From: Octopus sinensis
Lineage: Eukaryota
Assembly: GCF_006345805.1 (NCBI RefSeq)
Contig: NC_043000.1
Coordinates: 61,318,001-61,382,000 of the forward strand
Reading direction: 5' to 3'
Length of the DNA: 64,000 nucleotides
Position 1 is the first letter of the stretch. Every line of letters begins with the position of its first letter. Positions 25,179-40,294 of the stretch are shown in pieces. Both the position numbers and the translations under genes were made by a program. Under the pieces are notes generated by a model. The model did no database searches, had not been told where the DNA came from, and worked only from the letters and a program-made list of their open reading frames with translations.

Positions 25179-26122
25179 TTCAAATTACGATGAACGTAAA
25201 CAAACAAACGAAGTTTGCTTTAGAACGTTGGGATGTCTTAGAAAGTTAAAGAAGTGATTTTAAATTCTCAAACGCAGGATCATAACAATGAATAAATTCT
25301 CCGTAAGAGCTGAGGCGGTTTTTGAGCGTTTGACCTTTCCGAATGAGAAGCTGGGGTAATGGGTCTTGGTAAGATGTAGAGGTATGTTTAGTTATCTCTT
25401 TCATCGCGGTCTTGATGTGTGGCAGGCAGATCATTTTATTCTTCGAATATTTCTGGGATGAATTAGAATCAGTTGATGTGATCTCAATGTATTTCTGGTA
25501 TTTATTTCTACTTATTCTATAAACCATTTAAACCCAACATTTTATCGATTTTCTCAAATCACTGCTCATCACTTAGCAACGGTATTCGTTGGTTACATGT
25601 AGGCGATTAGACAATTTGATAGTTGGCAACAAAGTATGATGAGTTACGGAACGTATTATCATTCATTGGTCAACCTTTCTTTCAACTTTGCAAAAGGCAA
25701 TATTTTTAAAGGATGAAAGACAAAATTCTGCATTGATTTCAGGAATTCAGTATTAAACAGTAATATACATTAACAATCTAGTTTCACTTTCTGTTCCCTG
25801 AGGTATTTCCAGAATTACATACTTGAAATCCTTGTGTGTATCAAGCACTCTAAATGTTTTTGAACGCTTAAGATCATTTACACAACACTTACACACACAC
25901 ATATATACACGCGTACACACACACACATGTAAGTATGTATATGTATATATGTATAGGCATATGAATATATATGTGGGGGGCATCTATCTATCTATCGTTA
26001 TATATATATATAATGTATATCATATTTCTGTCTAACCATGTATGCGACTGATCTCTATCACCGCTCTCTCCTCTCTGCATACGTATACATAAATACATAC
26101 ATACATATATATATATATATAA

Positions 26123-26206
<84 letters not shown>

Positions 26207-29200
26207 GCATGTATGTATGTATAATTAAGTATGAATGTAGCCCGGATAGTATAAATCACAAAGAACGAAATATTTCTCCCACTTATATAATAAACGTGTT
26301 GCATACGCGTTTACATATATGTATTTGTATACGTATATTTTTCTTTGTAATATCCAATATATGAGTATGTACTTAGGTTAAATTTTACCTACGATCAATT
26401 TGTATGCATATTCCAATATATCTCACTTTGCAGGAACGAAAAGTACCCATCTTAAAAAATATGCACTCAACTACATATTTGTATCTTTTTTTTTTATTAT
26501 GGCTTCCTTCTCTGCAAAACTGTGCATGCACAGACAAAAGCATATAGTCATGTTATGTTCACTATTGGTTTCTATAGATATATTTTTCACATTTTTGGTG
26601 CGTGTTCTTCCGTCCATCTTGCATTACTTATTAAAAAACAACAACAACAAATCAAAAAGAAAATCCAAAAAATCAAAACAAAATACAAACAACTTTTTTC
26701 ATTACTCGTAAATAACATCAGTTTTACTTTTCTCTCTTTCTGTCTCCTTTTCCTTCCCCAACAGTACCACCATTCACTATTTGATATTTTTCGCAATATT
26801 CCATTTGTTGTTCATGTATCTGTAGAGCCTGCCGCTATAAACAAAAGTTAGATGTGATACGTTGGAAGTTACAGAGGTTTAAAGTGTGGTGAAATTGGAA
26901 CTTAATGATATTTCAGCCTTTTATTCTTCTAGGAAATAAAACTTGTCATGTGCTTTTTGATGGGTACCCGAAGAGTTGCATATGCACGCAAGTAATAATG
27001 TATTATAGCAAATAGAGTTGTTTTATATATTTATTTATTTGCTTCTTTCAAAGAGTAAGAGATCCAGCAGCGATTGAGACTCCTTCGATATTTGTTGTTT
27101 CTACCGTCCATCAAATACCTAAAATGAAATGCAGCTTCCAAAATTATTGTTAATTCTTCAATTATTCTCATTATACATATTTATTTATTTTAATTATAAT
27201 GTCAATGCTACTTCTATGCAACATCACTACTTGCAAATGGATGAATGTAATTTCCCTTGCTAATACTTAATTATCTTCCAAATGGTAACGCCATACCATA
27301 ACGTCACTCATTGTACCAAAGCAACACACACACACACACACACACACACCACACACACACACTCACACACGCACAAGAAAATACAAGCAAATGACAGTAT
27401 GCTAAAGTATCGTTGATGATGTAGCTACCTCCACGTAATAACAGATGATGGAAAAATTTCCTTGGAGGGAATAAAATAAACAGTTAATATAAAAATATTG
27501 CAATAAGGGATTACGTTGTGTCCTTGACGCTTACATTAACATTTCAGTCATAAAAATACCAGGATCACTTCAAATTCTACACTACATTCTACAAACCCCT
27601 AAACGCCCTTGAAATATAGAAAATTGCTATTTTGAATTATACTATGCTACACTTCTATATTAACATACATATTAAATTACGGATATTTACAAAGGAAACA
27701 AAACTTTGATTGAAATGTATTTAATTCATTTTTCTCAAAATTTCTCAGATGATTTTATGCATTCGTGCCTTGAGCATACATTAAATGAGGTGGGTATACA
27801 CTAATGTAATTCAGTATAGGCCACCACGTTTATAAGTATTTAATATTTATTAATGCTAGAAGTATTTACAACATAATAAATATAAAGCTATTATTATAAT
27901 GTAATGTTCCGTCACTCTGAGAATACCACTTATGATTTCATTTCCTCACAAAACAATTTCGCAGGAATTCTTAATCTTTACCTTTACGTAGTCTGCTGAA
28001 GAATTTGACCAAATTATTGAAGCTAAGGAACATTCATGAATTATGTATTACCTGAATGCTTATAGCAGTAAATAATGCATCTTTAAAGGTACCTATTGAG
28101 AGAAAAATGGATTATGTCACTGGAACGTGATGTGTCCTGGTATGTTGTATACCTGCACCACTAAGTATATTAAGGGTAATGTGAATATAAATGTCTCTTA
28201 AATCTCGGGGGATTCAGTTACAATTCTATAGAGAAAAAGCAGGTGAGAGATAATTCTATGGTTAAACAAAATAATAGTTTATATGATTGTAGAAAATGGA
28301 ATAAACAGCATGTTATGCCGAGATATACAATGCAATATCTGCGGGGTCACAGTTTCACAAAATAGTTGTTTGTTGTCATTTTCCTTATTTACTATGCCAT
28401 TTCAGCTGTAATGTATAATTAGATTTGACCCCAAGTTGAAGATGGGAACAAATGAAATAAAAAAGGATAAACAGCATGTGAAGTTTTTCGAATGTGGCTA
28501 TTACTGTGTTTTAGATCGAGATTTCGTTTTGAAAAATAAGTAAAATAACGTTAGATATTATAGAATCTCAAATATATTCTCGATATGGACAAAGGTCTAA
28601 TGTCGATAATGTAGAACACTCGCATGATTATATAAAGATTATATTTAATGCGCACTTTCCTTTTCTCATATGTTCTATATAAATTGTAATAGGGGATTGA
28701 TTTGGATTCCAAAACTGAGTACATCGAGGCAAGTGGTCTACACCCCATTGTGGATAATGGAGCGCATTCTACTGCAATGCATGTTAAGTAGCATCAATAT
28801 TTGAACTCAATAAGAGCTGTGTGTTAAAACCTTACAACCAGTTTTGGTCCAGTAATAACTGACATAAGCGTCATCAGAATGCAATAAGAATGCAATGAAA
28901 TACAGTGAAATATACTACGACGTATAAATATAACGAATTTAATCAGTATTTGTCAAGTAATTCATATCAGCCACATAGAATCTTGTTGATACACTCAGAA
29001 ATTGTGAGTAACACGTGTACGTGTCAAGTATCTCATAATTAATACCATTATTTTTGATAGTGCGAAATTAAAACAATGAAATTGAATTGCTTTTCGCTCT
29101 CCTTCCATCTTTCTCTTTCTTTCACTTTCTTTCCGCTTTTTATCTTTATGTTTTTTCATGCAATATTTTTCTGCCCTTTTTTTTTTACATAGATTTTCTC

Positions 29201-30252
29201 TACCCTTTCTTTTTCTCTCTCACTTTATTACTGAAACAAATTAATTTCTGATATTAAGGTGTGATGATATCGAGGAAGAAATGAACTAGAATTGTGGAAG
29301 TAACGAAGATTCCATGAATATTAAACAGAGCTGGTATAACTATAGAACCTTGGAAGAATATAGCTCGCGGTATTTATTCCAGACTCGTCATCTTCTCAGA
29401 TGTTTTTCATCCCTTTAGGGAAGATAAAAATAAGGTACCAGACTTCTTGGTGAATGGCGTCGACTAAGCCCGCTGGTCAATATTCTTGAATTTGTTCTTA
29501 ATACATACGTGCATACATGCATACAGACACACATGCACATGCACACACATATACATGCAGACAAATACATACATACATGCATAAATACATGCACACATAC
29601 ATACATACATACACACACAAACATCAGCACTAGGAATACTAGTGGAACATTCCCAGGAAAACATCTATCAAATGTAAACATAACACACCGGATATTGTTG
29701 ATTGAGACAGACAAGACAAAGTATATACCATCATAGAGTTCAGTTCTCCTCCGGATGTGAAAATCTCTTTAAAAATTATACAGAAAGAAGATAACTACTG
29801 ACAAATGCTTCGAAACATCCTGCATTTATATCCAGATTATAGATTTACATTAATACCATTTATAATTGGTGCACTTGATATTGTGATTAAATGCCTAAGT
29901 AATAATATGGATATGGTAGGGTCGTCAGAGAAATAATTTAACCAATTCACTCACTCACTCATTACAAATACAATATGTAAATGGAACGGTAAAAATATGC
30001 AAGACTTTTCTCAGGTGTAAAATATGACATTGTTTTGTTATCTACATTCCAACGATGGAACTTTGTATCTTTGGTAGAAACCGACTCCTTCCTAACAGGA
30101 AGAAAATTAAATAAATTTTAAAAAAGGAAACATTCGTATAGGTATGAATGTACGTATGTATGTATTTGTGTATGGTTGAGTGTGTGTGTGTGCTTGGAAA
30201 TTCCCATACATGCACAGCCACATACACACACACACAGAGGCATACACACATC

Positions 30253-30520
30253 GTATGGAATAGTGGTTAGGGGCTTCTACTCACGATCGCTAGATCATGA
30301 TTTCAATTCCTAGGCAGGCTGGTGCATTGTGTTGTTGAACAAAAGACTTTACCTCACATTGATCACTTCGATACCTGACGCGTAGTAAATAGTGCAGCTG
30401 TTCAGACAACGTCGATTTGATGGGGAGCAAATCTGCGGTAGGAACATTTGAGCATTATAAACTGCAGGATGTTCGGCAAAAGCTGAACTCTCATACGTCG
30501 CCTTCGGCAGGAGAGTCCAT
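30253..30520 (+). mobile_element. Degenerate tRNA-derived SINE (second family)
   Basis: Head AATAGTGGTTAGGG..CTCACGATCG..GATTTCAATTCCT, then TTGTGTTGTTGAACAAAAG; related to 53195-53492. Confidence 0.5.
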
Positions 30521-30575
30521 CACACATACATACATACATACATACATACATACATACATACATACATACATGCAT

Positions 30576-30606
<31 letters not shown>

Positions 30607-30656
30607 CACACACACATACACACACAAACACACACACGCATATATATATATATAAA

Positions 30657-30700
30657 GGCTCCAGCATGGCTGCAGCCAAATTACTGAAACAAGTAAAAGA

Positions 30701-30701
<1 letters not shown>
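30657..30701 (+). mobile_element. Extremely 5'-truncated SINE tail
   Basis: GCTCCAGCATGGCTGCAGCCAAATTACTGAAACAAGTAAAAGAG matches the tail at 48260-48300. Confidence 0.8.
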
Positions 30702-30761
<60 letters not shown>

Positions 30762-32205
30762 TATATATAAATGGAACAAAAATGCAATAGAGGACAATAA
30801 AACATTCGGATAGTTATAGTTAGACGATACAAAGGCCGACAAAGGACAAGCAAAAATAAGGGGTCACTCGTAGCCTTCTTTCCTCAGTCAAGTTCCAGAA
30901 GTCACGACCGATAATAACGAAGGCAGCTATAGGCAATATAAAGCCAAAATGGAAAAATTCACTGTACCTAATTGTGACTGAGGGTTCCGGGTAGCATCTA
31001 TACTGCTAGAAATGAGACTTAAAATCCCTTAGAGACAAACTATTAATCACAATTAGTGACAATTGAATTATTATTATTTTTTTGTGCAGCACACATTATT
31101 TATGTTTTATCAATATCAAGACGTTTTATAGAAGTTGCAAAGCCTTGCAGACGTGAATTGTGCTAACATTACTTTCACATTTAAAAGTCTTTACTACATT
31201 ATAACTTTGTTATAAGCTGATTAGAAATGGAATCTACCTCCCTCGCTTTTAATACGCCTTGACTGAGGCTTAGATTTATATAATCTTTTATTCAGCGATA
31301 TAACAAACATTGCACTACATAATTGCTTTGCAGTTTCCAAGGAGACAAACAGTGAGAGAGATATTACTTCAGTACCTTATAGTACGAACACCCCTCAAGT
31401 CAATTTTGATTTTTACAGATAAAAAATTTTGAAAGGAATAGTGTAGTCTCACCGGACACAATAATTACACAATACCTTACTTCTTGGAGCAATGAACTGA
31501 ACCTTCTTAACCTATCCTTTTATTTAGCTAGCCAACAAAGGCTTTCTACTCAAGAACTGTTAGTTACACATAATCTCATTCAAAACAAATACTGCCGTTA
31601 TAAGGAAGGAAGATAGCAGTATGCAATGTAGAACACGGTATAAGAAAATAGAAAACTGTAACGGATGAATTGCTTTTGGAAATGGATTTGCTCATTGGCA
31701 GCTGATCTAATGCTAAATTGTTTAGCATTCAGTTGTTTAAATGAGAGTATTTCAGTATAGTAATCTGATTTGTAAGTTATAGGAAACATATTGTTGACAT
31801 TCTGACTTGACCAAACAAACCCCTACCAAAAAGAAAAAAAAAGTCCAGAGATCCGTTCTATATGCATGTATGGCACATCTATCATTTTTGAACATTTCAT
31901 TCGGCCGTAATGATTGTACTGTCGTGTGATATTCAACGAAATGTCGAGCCAAATTTTACAATCGCCCGTAAAGTTTTATTTGATTAGCTTTTTCCACAAG
32001 AAGAAGATTCTGTTCATTTAGCAAATAAATTAAATATTTCATTTTAAAAGAATAATGTTTCTTACGTGTCGACGTATTTTGTATAAACAATTTCAAAGGT
32101 TAAAGTGTACTTAATGACAATTTAAATTTTAAAAATACGTCGGTAACAAAAATGAATAAAGAAATTACACAGAATTGATTTGTACAATCCAATGTTTCGG
32201 AATTT

Positions 32206-32252
<47 letters not shown>

Positions 32253-32958
32253 AGAGAAACTGCAGAGATTTCGATAACATCATATTAAAACATTTAAATT
32301 CTCGCTGTCCACGAACACAATTTTCAGAAAAAAGGCTTTTCCAAACCTCATTGCAAAATAACTGATTATATTATAATCAGTTTTATCTTTATCTACGAAC
32401 ATACTAGATTAAATTTTGCCGGTGAAGGCTACAACCACCAGCAATAATTTCCTTAGATTACCAATCTTGTTTTATGAAAATTTCTTATAATTAATTAGCA
32501 TTGTAATTTGTATTCATCTTCTATTTGGAAACATTAGATATTTGGGGATAGAGAGGTACAAGAGGCATAACAATGGAATAAACTATCAAGAGCAGTGGGT
32601 TATCTTAGAAGAGATAATTAATATCGTCATATGAGATAAAGGATCACACTTGAGTGGAAAAATTGAGTTTTAACGTTAATTAAACGGATAAAAATCGATA
32701 GATCCTAACTGTTATTGCAATACAAGAAACAGAAACCAAATGATGATGAAAGATAAAAAAAAAACACCAAAAAGTCATTAAAGCATCAGATGAATGAACT
32801 TAATATATGCACATATATATAGTATATAATTAATGTGGGCATATATATACATACATATATATATAGTATAAATTTAATAAGGGCATATATATACATATAC
32901 ATATATATATATATATATATAGTATAAATTTAATGTGGGCATATATATACATATATAT

Positions 32959-33068
<110 letters not shown>

Positions 33069-33084
33069 ATATGTATATATATAC

Positions 33085-33116
<32 letters not shown>

Positions 33117-36100
33117 AAATGCATACATACGCATGCAGATATATAAGCATATAGACACAATTTGTTTAATAAATGACAGAGGGAGAGCACTTCACACATG
33201 TTGCAGAGTATATTTAATTAAATGAAGCTAATAATTCACTTCGTCGCTACTCTAAGTTTCCCTGTTGAGGCGAGTCGAAGTGATAAAGTAGCGTTTTTCT
33301 TCCACTAAGCAGGGGAATTATGAATAGTGGCGGTGGTGAATTAACAGCTTCGTATAAGTATTTATTTGTGTGAGCTTCTGTATGTGGATGAAAGTGTGTA
33401 TATATGTAGATATGTGTACGTACGTGTTTTTATGCATATACGTATGTATATACGAATGTATAAATGTATGTATATGTGTATGTGCTCGTGTGTGCATGTA
33501 TCGAAGCATACAGGTAATTGAATATTTGCTTATACTCTTATGAGTATTTATAGCCTTGTAGAAATATGTTAGTTTTCTAATTAACCGTGTTATTTCAGGT
33601 TTTATGAAATCTATCTTCTCAAGACTAATTCTGAGACAATTACGTATATCAAAATGCTCTTATAATTACAGGTATATATTTAAAGCTAGATTCCAAATGG
33701 AGTAATTTCAGGTTTCTTATTTGTTCAGCATTGTAGACTTCTTATTTCCTTTATCACAAAACCTTTATCTCTATATGTATGCATGTATGCATGCATATAA
33801 GTACGTATGTCTATGTTAATGTGTGCATGCGTGTGTGTGTATTTTATAGTAATGGATTAACTATAATTTTCGATTACTTCAAAAGAATCAAAAGTAAATA
33901 GAATATTTCTTGAAATGCTCGTTTATGTATTATTTATAGGATAAGATATTGATTATAAAATGGGAAATTATAATATTGTACCCTGTAACCTCGAAGTCTG
34001 AAGTACAATGTTGATTTTTTACTGCATTAAAACCTAAAAGCGAAGTGTAACGTCACTAGTTCGTCGATATTAATATTATTAATCACGTTATTCCACGTTA
34101 GATCTTTGAGGTTATAGACAATAAAACTCTTTCTAAAGTATCAAATGCGATTCGATCTAAAAGCCGAAATTATCAACATCTTGATCTTAGTCATCTTTAA
34201 ATATGACTAGTATCTGCTTGGATGCCTGAACTTCTCTCTTACTCTTTTAATATAAGTGATTATTATTCATTCGGAAATGTTTTGCATTTCAATAAATCCG
34301 TACGCACTTAACCATTATTAAATTTCATTAGGACTGTCAAGAAAAGAGATTCTGCCATTTCTAAATGAACTTATTTACATTACTATAGCTTCGTTAGCAT
34401 TCATTCATTTAATATACCCGACAGGTATTCTGTTATTACTGCATACATTTTAAAGTCGCTTATGTACTTCGTCAAGTTTGCAAGATAGAAATATTTAATG
34501 AATTTTAATTTTACAATCAACTAAGTATTTTTAAGCCAAATCTTTTCCGTTTTCTTTCTTTTTTTTTTTTGAGGTTAGAGTAAATGGAGACTAGAATGTG
34601 AATTGATAAATATTATTGCTAGATTAGTGTTGTTGCCTCGTGACACTAAACCTCACCAGGCATCACGCAGATATTATACAAACATGCAATTTGGCGATGT
34701 TAATGTTAAAACTAATCATACTGTATGTAATATTTGATAAACAATTTCCATGGTATGCATCTTACAATATACTTGGCAAATACAAATCAATCAACTGGCT
34801 TTTCTTGAAATATCTCTATTGTGATCAGTATTATCATTTGTATATTATGATTATCCATTGACGCCTCTGGGTGAAATCATTTAATGTTATGGAGATTGTT
34901 CCTCAGAACAGTTAAGCACTTTCTGACTGAAGCTACTGTTCATCCAATCTTATAGTTTGTATAGCTATTGAAAATCTCATCCGCCTTTCAACTCTCCAGA
35001 GTTGGCAAAATGTATACCTATAATATACTATCATAAATATTTACTGGCGATTTAGCACCAACGTGTTAAAAATATTTTACTTTGCCTAATGTAAATATTC
35101 TACAGGAGACATCATACCTCTACACTTCTTTATTTCAAGTTACTTCCTCTATTCTGTTAATTATATCCTCATACCTTTTGTTTTAATAAGTCCTCTTTTC
35201 ATCACATATATAATAGCATTTTGTATATAATAAACACTTTATTGTAATACATGATTTCAGTTTTGTTTTTGTTTCTTCACTTTTCTGTGCGAGACATCAT
35301 ATCAACACACACACCAATACATACGCGCGTGTACACACACACGCACACATATACACACACACTTTCTCTCTATCTCTCTCTCTTACAGTATATTTGCTGA
35401 CAATTAGTCTTGTAGGTCCACAGCTGTTGTAAGAGAAACATACATTCTAAAGCATTCATCAAATTTAAAACCTAAAACCTGTTGGTAGTAACTCTGCGGA
35501 ATGAAGTTTCGTTTCTTTCACTGATATTGATACTTTCGACTTTGCTATTTTACTGGGTATATTTCTAAAGAAAGGAAATACTATTGTTTACAGGCCATAT
35601 TTCAAATAGGCTCATAAGTTTAGCAGTCTTGAAACGGAATGAAAGAGAACATTCGACAATTTCTATGTAGAATATATTCGAAAACCTCTTACTACAACCC
35701 TGCTAGCCTAGGGGAAAATCAGTACGGACATGAAACGTATTCCTACCATCACCAGTACATTAAACAATTGTCTGTTTATTTATAGATTTGAATAAAGTCG
35801 ATGATTCACTCACTCATTGGATACTTCTAGTTTCTCATTTGCGTACATTCATACAACAAGTGATAAAGACACTTGTGGCTGCAGGATAAGGTGATATCTC
35901 TATTACTTTGCATTGGCCATTTTAGTTCGATGTTATTATTGAATATTAAGCTGGTTATTTTGAAATATTCAACTTGAAACAAATGGTAGCGTATAATATT
36001 AGAGATATGATAAAGTCGCTAGCTTATCATAGAGAATGTAGGTGGTTGATTTTGCATAAGGGAAAAATTACTTTCTATATGTTGTTGATTAGCTGATGTC

Positions 36101-36655
36101 TTAGGCGTGTATAGAAGGCTGCATGCTTAATCTTTTTGTTTTACCAGGAGGATTGTTTTAACAGATAATTAATCTCATATCTGCACTTAGACGTTGTCTC
36201 TTTATGTTTATTATCTTTAAAGGGTTTCACCAAAATATGATATTTCTCGGTAAGAAATGAGTTCTGTACACTAACGAGAATCATTTGCTTTAATTCTGTT
36301 GCAAATGTGGTGCCGTTGCTACGATTGCATACTTGTTGATTTAGTTTATTCTTAGCAATATTGCTTCTATTGCAAATACCTATTTTAAATGCCAAGTTGT
36401 TATTTGTAATTATAAAATACACACACACACACACACACACATATAAAAACACACACATACACACACTCACACATACAAACACGCACACCTACAACCTACT
36501 ATATAGTTGTATTGTTAGTGAATATACCGAGGCTTCCATCACACCAGTCTAGATAAAAGAAAGGTGTACGAACTCAGATTAGGATAAGACTATATATATA
36601 TATATATATATATTTATAATAAGTGTAGGTGGTATACGAGTGCGTATATAGTTAT

Positions 36656-37010
36656 AAAAAAGAAGTTTGAAAACGCTACTATATAAGATAAATTTTAATT
36701 TTATTAGAAATTTTACATGTTTCGGGTCTTCTTGGAAAAATGACTGCTATTTCGGCCGCTGGTCATTTCCCCAATTACAGCCAACGAATCTAGCCAACAC
36801 ACAAGACAGCCATTATGCTCTCCCACAAAAACACCAGCACATGGACTCTGTTGAGACTAGTAAGAAACAATTATGAGCTTTTTTTTTATTACACTTAACT
36901 TTTAAAAATACTTTTGATAAGGTTCGTTTTTACAAGAAGAACCGAAACATGTAAAATTTCTAAGAAAATTAAAATTTATCTTATATAGTGGCATTTTCGA
37001 ACTTCTTTAT
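36656..37010 (+). mobile_element. Miniature fold-back PLE relic between (TA)n tracts
   Basis: Inverted arms 36656-36740 / 36928-37010; the right side contains a hammerhead motif. Confidence 0.7.
36910..36957 (+). ncRNA. Putative type I hammerhead ribozyme, U3-A8 variant
   Basis: TTGATAA-GGTTC..GAACC-GAAA-CATG-TA; GUA triplet, palindromic helix III; helix I weak. Confidence 0.6.
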
Positions 37011-37445
37011 ATATATATATATATATATCTTGTGACAGTTATTTTATTCCCTCCGTGCTGTAAAAAAAAGCAGAATGGCGGTGTCATTTTGTCGATATAC
37101 AGAGGCAATAGTTCTTTGCTGACGAATCGAGGTTTTTTAAATTTTAAATTTCTCTCTTATATTTTTCACCTCCCATATGTGTATGTATATTCATCTGTGT
37201 GTTCATTATGTACTTTTTCCCGAATTTGTGTAAATGTCTATCGAATAATATATCAGTTTAATAAAGTTAAAACATGGTCTGGTTTTCACGTTTTTTATTA
37301 TTGTATAATTGTATTTTCAAAAACAGTTTTTAAAATGTTGAAGTGTGTTAAACATTAAAAAAAAATATTTAGTAATGTTCATAAAGTTCAATTAACTCTT
37401 TCATACGTTCGTAGTAATCATCATATTTCGAAATGTATTAACTGA

Positions 37446-37498
37446 CTGTATATATATACTGATACACTTCTGTGTTTACATATGTAAATATTTGTATG

Positions 37499-37529
<31 letters not shown>

Positions 37530-37547
37530 TATATATATTATATATAT

Positions 37548-37581
<34 letters not shown>

Positions 37582-37844
37582 CTTCGTTTGTGCATTTGTC
37601 CTGCAAGATTCTTTATGTGAGTTCGTGTTTTGAAGCATATTTTGTTGTGTCTGGGGAGAGTCATTCTCTTTTAGAGCCTTATTATCTAACACACACACAT
37701 ATATATTTATATATGTGTGTGTGTGTGCGTGTGTGTGTTAAATTATAAGGCACAAACAGCGAATGATTCTCCCCAGACACAACAAAATACGCTTCAACAT
37801 ACGAACTTACATAAAGAATCTTGTAAACCGAATCCGAAAACGAA

Positions 37845-37898
<54 letters not shown>

Positions 37899-37955
37899 CA
37901 TATATATACAAATATTTACATATGTACACACAGAAGTGTATCACTATATATACAT
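37446..37955. repeat. Head-to-head inverted repeat (~250 bp arms, each with internal (TA)n)
   Basis: 37446-37700 mirrors 37728-37955 (GATTCTCCCCAGACACAACAAAAT..CATAAAGAATCTTG and ACAAATATTTACATATGTA..CACAGAAGTGTATCA). Confidence 0.85.
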
Positions 37956-37998
37956 ATACATACATATATAATCCATCTCTCTCTTTCACAGACACACG

Positions 37999-38052
<54 letters not shown>

Positions 38053-38993
38053 CACACGTATATTTTATGCAGTAAAATTTTGTATAAGCAATAAGTCTCA
38101 ACTAGTTTTTGATAAACGTTTCGGCATAATATATCTTCCATGTATTTGCCATACACTTGTTACAAGTCACCATATCTTGCCAAGCTAGATTCTGATCTAA
38201 GTTAATTTACTAAAAGTTGTAGATTTTGTTAATAAACGATGCAGAATGCATTCCAAGCTCATGTAAATGTCGTTATATTTAAAGTAGTTACGGTGGACCA
38301 CGTATATAATATGAAAATTTTATTCAATATACATTCACTGTATATATTTCCTGTAGCTGATAATTGCCCCTATAAAATATATTACAGTTTCTATGCACGC
38401 AAATATCTATATTTGCCAAATACAAAGAATACTTTTCAAACATTGCAGATATAAATCGTGCAGTACAGTGAGTTTTTATTTTATGAACATAGCTGGAATG
38501 ACATATCTTAATAGATTTTACTATAAATATATTACTTCCTACTTAATACAGCAAGTCTTTCTTTGAACGTGTTTTGTGAAGAATCTGTTTCCATTCGGAT
38601 TGCCATGATCATCGCTTCATATGATGAACCCTCTGATTATTATTACTTCTAGCATATATACACACAAAGGCAGCCCTCGAATATTTACTCCCAAAGGTAT
38701 TTTTTATTCCATTGTGTACACTATTATTTATTGCTTATCTGCTTCAAGAGCTAACTTCCCCAAAATGAATTATACGTACATACACATATATACATGCATG
38801 CATGCATACCTACGTACATGCACACACATACATGCACACGAATATATATACATATTTATTCGCTATAAGTGACAGGAGTAGTAGGAGTTTAAAGTGGCAA
38901 TCTGTGTATCATACTTAAATTATTTACATATTTGAAAATCTGTTAAACCGTGGTATTCGTCGCAGAGTAGCAGCTTTAATATATGTATGGTGT

Positions 38994-39161
38994 TCAAAAG
39001 CACAAAAATGTATCAGCAGCAGACAAAAATATTCCAGCAGCGCTGGTAGTTATTGCTAAATACATATTACTGCTTTTTGGGGCTGCCTCAGTAGTAAAGT
39101 TCCGTATTTTCTTCCCTAAAATTTTCAACTCATGACTCTCTTTATTGTCTCTACCATTGAA
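38994..39161 (-). CDS. Candidate terminal exon with hydrophobic (GPI-signal-like) C-terminus
   Basis: Long polypyrimidine tract plus TAG acceptor, then 55 open codons FNGRDNKESHELKILGKKIRNFTTEAAPKSSNMYLAITTSAAGIFLSAADTFLCF*; AATAAA ~290 nt downstream. Confidence 0.35.
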   Translation of the reverse strand, partial: FNGRDNKESHELKILGKKIRNFTTEAAPKSSNMYLAITTSAAGIFLSAADTFLCF

Positions 39162-40099
39162 CTATATGACACAAAAAAAAAAGGAAAAAGAAAAAAAAAT
39201 GATCATGTAAACAATAAGAGGGACAGAAAATAACATCATAACTGAACCGACTTTTGTCAACATCTTCCCAAATTGTGTGCGGTACGTACACAATATAAGA
39301 ACCTGATGTTGTTAATTATATTGGTGCCAAAGTGGCACCTACCAACATCCTGTGTGAACGCGTGAGCCTAAAATTAAAGTAAACAGCTGATTTCACTTTG
39401 ACAATATTAATCTGGCATGAACCGAATTTGTGCAACAGAGGTCTAAACGTCTAATTGCCATTTTGAATTTGTTCCCAACCTTCCGAATATTTGATGAGAT
39501 GGATGTGTCTTATGCGCCCACAAAACTTGAAGTCATGTAGAGCTGAGTCAGACTATTATTAAATAAATAAACACGCGCGTGTGTGCGCGTAAAACCCACA
39601 CAGAACCACAAGCAAAATACTTTGCCGTGTTTAGTTGCCTTTCAATGCGTTGTGAGATAAAATTCCTGTGAGGTCTAATTTTGTTGTTCATCAGATGAGT
39701 TAATAAAACAAGACGACAAGTGAAATTGTTACGTTGATTTAGTTATTCAAGCAATATAAGCTGCTTAGATAAGCCTTCTGAGGACAAATTTCATGTCACA
39801 TCCTGAAATTGCTGTACTAGATGTAACACTTTAATTTTGTGCATTTTCTGCTTTTTAGGATAGAGAAAGTAGAGCCAAATAGGCTCATAGGGTAAAATTT
39901 ATAGGGTAATCGATATTATATTATGTTTACTTTTATCTCTTTGTTAAATAAAACGAGTTCAATAAAATTTTCCTCGAGTAAGATTTGAAATAACTGCCAA
40001 CAAAACTGGCATTAAACCGAACCTGTTAAGTACTAGTTTATTTATTTTTAATATATATAAATATTTTTGCTTTGTCGGGATTATAAACAGCGTTTACAT

Positions 40100-40255
40100 A
40101 GAGATATAGAGTGAGTACGACCAAGAACCCGCTGGCTTGACACCATCAAGAGTGATACCGCAATGGACATAGCCAATCTGAAAGAAGCGGCCCAGGATAG
40201 AACTGACTGGAGGACACTGATCCAACGAGTAACCGAGAGTCGACTTCGACTGAGC

Positions 40256-40290
<35 letters not shown>
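40100..40290 (+). mobile_element. 3' fragment of an RTE/BovB-like LINE with (GA)n tail
   Basis: 40118-40261 encodes RPRTRWLDTIKSDTAMDIANLKEAAQDRTDWRTLIQRVTESRLRLSG*, resembling the BovB ORF end (RPRMRWLD..DREAWR..V.KSRTRL). Confidence 0.85.

Positions 40291-40294
<4 letters not shown>

Noticed and set aside
26765-26825. Plus-strand terminal-exon candidate TTIHYLIFFAIFHLLFMYL*
   Set aside because: Too short; hydrophobicity is expected from T-rich DNA and no upstream exons were found.
33236-33300. TCACTTCG..CGAAGTGA hairpin with CTGTTGA..GAAG hammerhead-like words
   Set aside because: Both core strands are mutated and no coherent helix III or cleavage triplet exists.
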